A model generated the notes under the pieces. The model did not search any database. It was not told the DNA's origin and saw only the letters and a program-made list of their open reading frames with translations. A DNA stretch of 64,000 nucleotides from Octopus sinensis (taxonomy: Eukaryota). Position 1 is the stretch's first letter. The number at the start of each line of letters is the position of its first letter. Positions 54,035 through 64,000 of the stretch are shown piece after piece. The position numbers were made by a program, and so were the translations under genes. The stretch is from NCBI RefSeq assembly GCF_006345805.1, contig NC_043001.1, positions 80,972,001 to 81,036,000 of the forward strand, read 5' to 3'.

Positions 54035-54390
54035 ACAGGCCCTGTAGTTAAGAAGTTTCTTTTGCAACCACATGGTTTCAAGTTCAATCCCAAGGGCAAG
54101 TGTCTTCTATTGTAGTTCCCGGTCAATCAATTCCTTGTGAGTGAATTTGGTACATGAAAACTCATTGGAACCCCGTCATGTGTGTTTGTGTCTATCTGTC
54201 TTTGTGTCTGTCTCCCATTGCTTGACAACCACTTGTTTATTCATGTTCCCATAACTTAGCAGTTTGGCAAGAGAGACTGATAGAATAAGTACCAAACTTA
54301 AAAGATAAGTACTGAAGTTAATTTGTTAGACTTAAACTCATTAAGTTGTGCCCCAGCGTGGCCACATTCCAGTGACTGAAACAAAAGGTA
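54035..54390 (+). mobile_element. SINE family B
   Basis: CAACCACATGGTTTCAAGTTCAATCCC..GGGCAAGTGTCTTCTA..GATAGAATAAGTACC..GTGACTGAAACAA. Confidence 0.8.
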
Positions 54391-54699
54391 AAAGGAGATA
54401 ATCTGTATAAAATGATGTTACAAACTAATTCAATTTCATTCATTATCATTGTTTTAATATGTTTAGGGTGGTAAGATGTGAAATGAACAGGATTTGACTG
54501 CTATTTCTTGCAGGTTAATTGATCCTGTAAGGAGATCCTTTTGTAAGCCACTGTTGCGGGCAGCACATTGTTTCATGGTCAAACTTAACTCTTGATTGGT
54601 ATTGATCTCATTGATGCTGAAAGAATGAAAGACGATGATGATTATTATTATAGTAATGATGGTAGCCCTGTTGAAGCAGATGATGATGACAACAGTAGT

Positions 54700-55125
54700 G
54701 ACACTTCACTGTCACACCACATGTTACATGTTACAGTCATCTCGTCACACACACCATTGTGTCACACACTTCACTATATTACATTACAAACTGCTTACCG
54801 TGTCTCATGCTTCACCATGTTACATCACACATGTCACCATGTTACATCATGCACCTCACTGTTACATCATACACCTCACTGTTACATAACACACCTCACC
54901 ATCTCATGTCACAAACTTTGCCATCTCGTGTCATTCTACCATTTCATGTTAGGCATCTCACTGTGTTACATCACACACTTCAGCGTACAACATCCACACC
55001 CCAGCATGTCACGTCCCACACTTCAGCATGTGACATCATACACTTCACCATGTCACATCACACACCTCACAATGTCACATCCCACACCTCACTGTGTCAT
55101 ACACTGTCACATCAGCCACTACACT
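54700..55125. repeat. Degenerate ~20-22-bp minisatellite (CACACCTCACTGTGTTACATCA-like)
   Basis: Recurrent CACCATGTTACATCAC / CACCTCACTGTTACAT units; explains the His-rich ORFs here. Confidence 0.8.
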
Positions 55126-56239
55126 TTCCTACCTTCTCTTGTACCCGACACCTTAGTGTACCTGGGCTGCACCAACCATTGATACCAATAATTCCATTTA
55201 CTGATGTCTTTTTAATCACTGCTAGCATCTCCCTCTCTCTGCTTCTCTTTCCCTGTCTTTTGTCTCTAGTCTGTCTCTCTTTCTCTCTATCGTTCATTCT
55301 CTCTCTTTCTTTCTCTTTCTATCTCTTTCTTTCTCTCTTTGTGGTGGGTACAACATAAAGAACTGGTATGGGAGTAAAACTGAGATTTATTTGCAATTGT
55401 CTTTCACTTTATTTATTTTATTAATTATATTTTATTACTTTTTTAATTACATTTCTTCCTTAATACTTTTCTCTTTCTCTTATTTATTATGACTGCTAAC
55501 TTGAAAGTTATGGCAAGAACGGGTATGTTGGCGTGGGGGGGGGGTCGATGAGTTAGCAGCGGAGGGAGGGTAGGAGGGTCTGGTCTGGGAATTGAGATGT
55601 GATCTAGATAGGGGTGGAGAAAAAGAGAGAGAGACTGTGTGTGCAAGTGGTGGAGTAGCTTATTTTTTTCCCCAACTCCTGGCTGTATATTCAGAGATAA
55701 ATATCTCCCACAGCTATTGTTGGTGGTGGTGGTGGTGGTTGTGGTGTTGGCACTGATATTATTGCTTGCTCTTATTATTGTTGTTGCTACTCTTAACCCA
55801 CCTACCTGCCCCCCCTGCTACTGGTTCTTAACTCTTATCTCTGCCGCTTATCACAAATGATTTGACTTAATGAGAAGGACAACAATAAAATTTGTTTATT
55901 GTGGTTGAGAATTGTGTTTTGCTCACCATCTTTTCTTTTTCTTTATATGTCTCTCTCTCTCTCTCTCTCCATCTCACCCCTCATTCCCTACCCCAATTTC
56001 TTCTTATTTCCCTCTTCACTTTTGGTATGTTTACGCACAAATAATGCACTCTGGCTCTTTGTGTATCTGTATGTGTGTAACTCTGTATCTGTGTGCACAC
56101 TCACACATACAAGTTTTAGATTGGATTAGTGACATGTCTGTGTCTTTATATGCACTGATATATTTCTATAATTATTGGTTTATATACAACGGTCACTGAT
56201 GCGTGCATATACAAACATTTTTGTGTGGAGCTATATGTA

Positions 56240-56332
56240 TGAGGGGGTACTGAAAAGTTCCTGGCTTTGGGTAAAAGAAAATACAAGAGGATCAGTTAAT
56301 TATGATTTTATCGAACATCTTCCCCTCTCAGT
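56240..56332 (-). mobile_element. Truncated copy of the mariner MITE at 5436-5637
   Basis: TA followed by TGAGGGGGTACTGAAAAGTTCCTGGCTTTGGGTAAAAGAAAA, the reverse complement of the right end of the first copy. Confidence 0.8.
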
Positions 56333-56969
56333 TTATTCAAGGCAGATTTTCTGTGACTGGATGCCTTCCCTATCTCCAACCCTCACCTGTTTTCAAGCAA
56401 GGTAATATTTCCCCATGGCCAGACATGTTCTAGCAGAATATTGCAAAGTGTTACTTGTATGCAGTGATCATAATCTAGAACTGTTACACAATGCCAAGAG
56501 AAGAATATGCCAACACACCCATATCCACAGACATCATTATTTATATATATACACACAAGCACACATCTATATATTTACATTCATATATACACATAACAGA
56601 CTTCTTTGAAGTTCATGTCTACCAAATTTACTCAAAAACTTTGGTCGATTCTGGTCTATAGTAGATATTTGCCCAAGGTGTCACACAGTGGGGCTGAACC
56701 TAGAACCATGTGCTTCAGAATCAAATTTCTTACCACATAGTCCAACTGTACCTATATATGTTGGATTCATTGAGTCATGCATATACATAATTATTGGTTT
56801 ATATTCAAGTGATTACTCATGTGTAGATATATATAAATTTTTGTACTGAACTTTGTTTATGACTATAGATTATTACTAAAAGCATTATTTTCAAAGACAG
56901 TGTATTTCAAGATAAGTATGGTAACAAAATAGTTAAAGATGTTAAGGAGTTTGCTATGACATATTTAGT

Positions 56970-57197
56970 TTAATTCATTAGCATTTAAACCAACTATATC
57001 TGGCCCAAATATTCTGTCTGTTTTATATTCAAACTGGTCAGATATGGCCTCTCACTCGTATCACAGAAAGTCAATCTAAAAACAAACAATCATGTCATTG
57101 AAATCTCACAGCTATGAAATAATGTATGCATAATTTAAAGCAGTGTGAATGAACAAACATAACATTTGATAGAGTAATCTGAATATTACAGGGTTAA
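56970..57197 (+). mobile_element. TTAA-type MITE family 2
   Basis: AGCATTTAAACC..AAATATTCT..CTGGTCAGAT..AAACAATCA..AGGGTTAA; homologous to 6211-6397. Confidence 0.75.
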
Positions 57198-58899
57198 ATG
57201 CTATTTCAAGGTAGAATGAACACACCCTGATAGAAACTCATGTAATTAAGGGATCTGTCTGTAGTTGCTCAACCTACAAGAAATAGTAGCCAAATCTTTC
57301 ATAAATCAAACCTTTGTATCATAAAGAAAGGGAAGGCACTTTGGAAATGTAGTCCTAGATATGCTGTGCATGATTAAGAAACAAGGTGGTTGTGGGTCAC
57401 AGCTGGAATGCTTTGGTCATAGTTCAGTGCATTCAGGTCTGTCAAAAACAAAATAACAATAATTAAATATGAGAAGGTTGTTTCTATGGTCTTTTAAAAA
57501 TTTATTAAGAAGGAATTGTGAGAGAGAGAGAGATGTGGTTGTTATTTGGAAGTCAGTGATTATTATTTATGTACACATAGACATGGCTGTGTGAATCAGA
57601 AGGTTGCACCCCAGTCACATGGTTTTAGGTTCAATCCCACTACATAGCACTTTGGGCAAATATCTTTTACTAAAATTTTGGATTTGACCAAAGCCTTGTG
57701 AGGGGATTTGGTAGGTGGAAACTGGAAGAAGCTTGTCTCACACACACACAACACACACACACACACACACATACACACACATGTATAAATGTGTGTATAT
57801 ATGCTTGTGACTCCTTGCCTTGGTATCTTGTGATAGTTACGAGTGTCACTGTCTTACAAGCAGTGTCATTCATTTCCAATATTCTGCAAAAACATATCTG
57901 GCCACAGGTGAGATATTACCCTTGCTTGGACACAGGTGTGGGTTGAGGTATCCAGCTTCAGAATAATACTTGCCTCAGTAAACTCAGACTGAGCCATGCA
58001 AGCATGGAAAAGTGGACGTTAAAACGATAATAATAAAAACACTGATGTATCTTTGAATACATATCTAAGCAATTACTGGTTCCAAGCAATATGCAAATAC
58101 CGAATTTATTGACAATAAAATAATAAAAGATAAATCCTTCTGCCTCATGCAGTGGATGCAAAACTAGTTTAAATGTAGAATGGAGACGATTGCTAAAATG
58201 GAATTTCCAAAACAATAAAAAGTAACAGAGGAAAGAAACAACAGAAATAAAATTATATACAAAAACAGCTCTTTGGCAACTTAAATTTGTTTTGGTTCCG
58301 CGATAATAAAACGGTGTTTTGAATTTACGTGTATTTTCTTTTATCTGTTTTTTGTTTTTTTGTTTTGTTTTTCTACTGCTGCTTCAGTGTCACAGAATTT
58401 ATTTTATCCAGTCCAATGATGTAAAGACAAACACATGTATATACACACAAATATGTACACACAGACATAGATACACAAACACACATATTGCAGTCACATA
58501 CACATCCAAGAACATACTCACATAGACACAGATACAAACAGATATAAATACACACACACACACACAAATATAAACACACACACATATAAATACACACACA
58601 TATAAACACACACACATATAAATACACAAGCATAAGCACACATACACACAAAAACAGACAGGCAGACACACACTTGAATAAAATTACCAAATAGGGAAAT
58701 AGAGTAAGTTAGATGCAGACAGGGTGGGGGATATGGGTATAGGTATAGATATATACATGTAGATGGTGATGCTGCCGGAGAAAAAAAAACTTTGTGAAAT
58801 ATTTTACTGCCATTCAGTCTTTCAATGACATCATAGTTTCTCATAAATAAATTCCCCAAACGTGTGTGGCGACGCAGAATGAAGAGAGATTAAAAACAA

Positions 58900-58939
<40 letters not shown>

Positions 58940-59573
58940 CATACATGCAGAAACATAATAATGAATGGATTTCCTTCCTTTATTTTATGTTGCAGTTATG
59001 TTTTATATTTTAAAGAATATTTTTTTTTCTTTCTTCTTAATTTGTTTTTTATTTAAATTTCTGTATTTTTAGTTTTGGTGGAGTATGAGTAGGGCGATGG
59101 GATGAAGTCAGGGCTTTATTCTGTTTTTTTTTTTAAGGGGGTGGGGGAGAGATAGGAGGGTATTTGTGAAATTAAAAATATTTATCATGTCTATTTTTGT
59201 TTTAATTATGCATAGAAGCAATCATAATACACATGTACATGCATAAACACACACATACATACATATATTGTCATCATTTTATGTCCATGTTCCATGCTGG
59301 CATGAGTCGGATGGTTTGTCTAGATTCAATTTATCCCAAGGATTGCATTGCAGCTCTAGTGTCTGCTTTGGTATTGTTTCACTTCACTGTGTATATCAGG
59401 TGCTTTTTCTGTTTTTTCCAAACCAATAGCTATTGTGAGGACACCATTCAGCTTACAAGACTACACAACCCAAGAATGGGGATTTTATGCTAAGAGACAA
59501 GAAATAGAGAGGGGTAAAGCATAACAGAAAAGGGCCAGAGTAGAACAAGTTTCTTACTGTTGACAAGCTAGAT

Positions 59574-59917
59574 CAGTGATTCTTGACCATTTTTTTTACT
59601 TATGGACCCCTAACCCCATGGCCATTCATTGTTTTAAAAAATCCTATTATATTTTTGATATTATAAGCAATTGTATAAATTCTTTCTAATTTTGAGTATT
59701 GTTGTTATCATCATCATCACCTTTTAACGTCCACTTTCCATGGTGGCATGGGTTGGACAGTTTGACTGAGGACTGGCAAGCCAGGAGGCTGCATCAGGCT
59801 CCAATCTGTTCTGAGAAGGTTTCTACCACTGGATGCCCTTCCTAATGCCAACCACTCCAAGAGTGTAGTGGGTGCTGGACCCCCAAGGGCCATATGGACC
59901 CTGGGTGAGAATCACTG
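59574..59917. mobile_element. hAT-type MITE with perfect 8-bp TSD, containing a family C fragment (~59709-59876, minus)
   Basis: TIR CAGTGATTCT / AGAATCACTG; TSD AGCTAGAT at 59566-59573 and 59918-59925. Confidence 0.9.
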
Positions 59918-60270
59918 AGCTAGATGATGATTCACATTACAGAAAGGAGGATAGAATTGATCGGGTGCAAGCTGGAAAGTGATGAAAATAGTGAAGCGGT
60001 ATCGTGTATGAATATGCAAAATCAAGCTGTGTGATTGGGAAAATCATTTCCCAAAAGCATAGTTTCAGGTTCAGTCCCACTGCATGTCACCTTGGGCAAA
60101 TATTTCCCACTATAGCCCTGAGCTGACCAAACTCTAACATATGGATTTTTGGCAAATGGAATCTAAAAAGGAATTTGTCGTGGATGTGTTAAAGTGTGTG
60201 TATACATCTTTCACTTGTTTCAGTCATTGGACTGTGACCATGCTTAGGCACCACCTTGAAGGGTTTAGTT

Positions 60271-60426
60271 CAGTGGTTCCCAACCGTTTCCCTAACAAGG
60301 ACCCCTTTTATTTAAATAAGTTTTTCCAAGTTTTTGAAAGGTCCGTCAGCTTAACATGTTCACAGACCCCCAGTACTACGTTTCCAGACCACCAGGGGTC
60401 TTCAAACCACAGACTGGGAACCACTG
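60271..60426. mobile_element. hAT (Charlie-like) MITE inserted in a family B SINE (60205-60645, minus)
   Basis: Perfect 12-bp TIR CAGTGGTTCCCA / TGGGAACCACTG; diverged 8-bp flanks GTTTAGTT / GTCCAGTC. Confidence 0.85.
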
Positions 60427-63410
60427 GTCCAGTCAAACAAGTCAACTCTAGTCAACTCCTATTTTTTAAGTTAGGTCTTTATTCTCTGTCTCTTTGCTAA
60501 GTGATGGGGACATAAGCAAACCAACACTGGTTGTCAAGTTGTAGTGGAGGACAAACACACAGATATATCCACACACACACACACACACACACATATATAC
60601 ACACATACAATGGGCTTCTTTCAGTTTCTGTCTACCAACCCCAGTCCACACATACATATATGCATAAATACATGCATACAAATGCACATATTATACATGT
60701 ACATGTGTAAGTGTGCATGAATGAACATGGATTTTAACATCCCATGGTTTTGCTTGAACAAAATGGTGATATAATATTTAAATTCCTTGTTGATCTTATG
60801 ACTATGTGTTGTGTGCTTTTTGTTGTCTTGTGGAATAAAATATCCCTTATATGAAAAACAGGTTAGGGTTGGTGACAGGAAAGGTATTCAACTCTAAAAT
60901 CCTACTTGAGATACATCTCAGTCGAACCCATTCTAAGACAGGAGAACAAATATTAAATAAGCAATGAATGATCAACTCTGTGTGCATGCACATGTTTTAT
61001 ATGTCTATATATATAAGCCAATGTGTATATGTGTGTATGTATACTTAAATGTTTGCGTGTACATGTGTTTTTATGTATGTATATGTGTGAATGTATATAC
61101 ATAAATCTCTCACTCTCTCTCTCTCTTCGTTTATATACACGTGTGTGTGTGTGTGTGACCTAAGATGCCTGGCGAAGGGATCAAACCCTGGATCTTTTAG
61201 TTGCAAAGTGAAGTTTGTAACCATTCAGCTATACCCTTCTCTTCTTCCACCTCTCTCTCTGCGTGTAAATATACATGTGTGTGTGTATGCAATTATGCCC
61301 TGCTGCTTGAGGGTGTGGAATTTTTATATGCTAAACTCTCCTTGCAAAATATTTATATGTTCGTAATATATACACAGATTCTGATTTACTTATCTGTTTA
61401 TGGATGCATATGTATATGTTCACACATACACACACTGGGTTTTAATCCAAAAACAGAAATATAAATGTGCTTGCAAGCACAGTAATGCATAATGCATATG
61501 CAGAGAAACGTGTGCATGTGCGTACATACATATTAGGAATGAAATACATAAGCTCTGATTTTTACACGTAGATATGCACACACATTCACAACATTTCCTC
61601 GATCATGACGGAGTCTGGGAAATTCCGGCAGCTGTTCGGAATATATATATATATATATGATCGATGTACTTATTTCTGTTTTTGAGGATTTGCTGTTTGT
61701 GTTGTGTGTGTGTACATAGAAGTTTATATGTGTATATATAGGTTTACATATATATAGATATATACATACACACACACACCTATGTTTATAATGTGTGTAT
61801 GTTTTTTATCATTTATTTGTCTATCTGTACTGCTGTATATTTGTCGTTATGTATTTTGGTGTGGGTGTATGTGTATCTCTTTGTGTATGTGTGATTTTCT
61901 CTCTATGCATGTTTCTTAATTGTGTGTGTGTATAAATGAATAATTAGTATGTGTGTTTTATTGTTTACTATGTTTATGTATGCATATTTATATGTATGTG
62001 GTGTAACTATAATTTAGAGTATGTGCCTCCCCCGTATATTTTGTATGCGTGTAGGTATAATTTACTGTATGTATGTACTTATTATTTTTCAAGTCTATAC
62101 ATATTATATATGTATCAATGTTCTTAATATATTTTTTATACCTGTATGTGTATTTAGTAAATGTGTATATATTTGTATTGCTATATTGTCTTATATAATC
62201 CATTGTGAATTTGTATCTGTATGCAATCTGCATCTATTCACCTGTATTTTTTTTTTTGTCTATCTTTACTCTATAAACATTTGTACAGAAGACTAACGAC
62301 TGGTAAATGAAAACTAAATTGGTTAATTTTGTTTCACTGTTGGTGTTTTTATGAAGCATTCGATAAACTTCTGTACCATAGACACTTCAGTAAAATATTC
62401 CTTGTATGTATGAAGATAGATGTTGCTGTTTCTCAATAAATCTCCCTCTGACTCAAACCACAAGAATGATAGGGCAAAACTTCATTGGCAATAGAAATGC
62501 ATGACAATATAAGGTTTCTGTTCTGGTTTAGGTCCAAGACCAGTAATTCTGATGGGAAGGGGTTAGTTAATACCTGCAGAAAACAGATGCATTGTCTTTT
62601 TTTCCCTCGCCAAGCTGATCTAATCCTCATTTAACATGATAATACCAGTCTACATCAATCATTGAGGGTTTATTAAAGTGATCACATAAAAGGATAATTT
62701 GTCTTTTCTTGGGAGATGCCTGACTCTTGCTTAGTCTTACATTTGTTTGTTTTTTGTTTTTTTTTCCACAAGTATTTTTCAAGTTTTGGTCTCATTGTTG
62801 TCTAGTGGAATTCAGTCATGTCTGTCTAATGTCTGCAAGGTTATGATTATCAATCCCCAGTACTTGAATGATATTTTATTTTATTGACTGAGAAAAGGAT
62901 GAAAAGCGAAGGTGACATCAGCAGGATTTGAACTCAAAGTGTAAGGAGCTGAAACAAATGTGTTATAAAATATGATATCCAATATTTAAAGATCAAGTAA
63001 CTTCTCAGAAAAAGCAGGTATAAGAGATATAAGAAAAGTATAGAAAGAAATAAAGAATTTAGTGAAATATACTGTGTATGAGTAATTTTAGTCTATTCCA
63101 AGTTCAAGACAAGGATCTGTTCCTGAAGTCTTTGATACTTTACTGTTAACAGCACCAGATAAGCTTCTTCTTGTCTTTGCTAATGCACTCCATTCAAGGC
63201 CCATGCTTCACAGATAAATATCATGCAATCACAGTGGTGAGGGAGAGGCCCTTTGCTGGTGGCAGAGAGAATAGCTCTCTGAATGTTTTCCAACCCATTC
63301 TCACTCTGGCAAATATGTTTCATAACACCCACCCTACTGCTAATTAGGTTATCTAAGTGTCAGAAATTATTAATTAGGAAACAATTGGTAATATGCAGTG
63401 TTTGAGAAGA

Positions 63411-63468
63411 CTGTTCACCTATGCAAGCATGACAAAACTGATGGTCTGGATGTATAATAAATAAATAT

Positions 63469-63499
<31 letters not shown>

Positions 63500-63538
63500 C
63501 CAGACCACCAGTTTTGTCATGCTTGCATAGGTGAACAG
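63411..63538. repeat. 41-bp inverted repeat (40/41 paired) around a (TA)-rich spacer
   Basis: CTGTTCACCTATGCAAGCATGACAAAACTGATGGTCTGGAT (63411-63451) vs ATCCAGACCACCAGTTTTGTCATGCTTGCATAGGTGAACAG (63498-63538). Confidence 0.95.
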
Positions 63539-63892
63539 GTGTCTTGCTCAAGGAGACAATCCACTGCTGGAAATCAAACTCACAACCCAACGACCATGAA
63601 CCAAACACTCTAGCCACTACACCAGATGTCCTCACACAAACAGATACACACATGATATTTGAGTGTGAGGTTTAATTGCACTAAACACATTATGTATATA
63701 TATATATATTGCACTAAACACACACATATATATATATATCCACACTACTGCGTCTCTTGCCCAAGATGTCCCTAGCAAATCTATACCTGTCTCTCCTCAT
63801 CTCTCTAGGTTCCCTCCATCACTCTTCTGTCCACTGTGTTATTCTTCTGCTATAATTAATGAAAACAATCACCTCTCTCTCTCTCTCTCTCC

Positions 63893-63936
<44 letters not shown>

Positions 63937-64000
63937 AACCAGCCATATTTGGCCTATCATATCTTCTCTACCATTACAGTCTAAAAAGAAACAATCACAT

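Noticed and set aside
54592-55358. His/Cys-rich ORFs resembling metal-binding proteins
   Set aside because: Product of a degenerate ~21-bp minisatellite, open in several frames

Overview
This is AT-rich, repeat-saturated eukaryotic non-coding DNA (intron or intergenic). The SINE, MITE and microsatellite repertoire looks like an Octopus (coleoid cephalopod) genome, which is an inference. No intact protein-coding gene is supported, and almost all listed ORFs are translations of (TA)n/(CA)n/(GGT)n/(ATC)n microsatellites. The window holds at least four SINE families, mariner/hAT/TTAA-type MITEs and decayed LINE fragments (RTE, R4/Dong-like, HERO/NeSL-like). The standout is a ~4.6 kb near-perfect palindrome (46380-50973) inserted in (TA)n. 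Each arm ends, facing outward, in an identical minimal type I hammerhead ribozyme motif followed by AATAAA, and only one arm carries a 69-bp tail. This fits a non-autonomous, inverted Penelope-like or retrozyme-like element whose cargo is mostly alternating purine-pyrimidine sequence. A decayed relative (broken hammerhead plus the same tail motif) lies at ~40270-40367. Several further inverted repeats could form long dsRNA.
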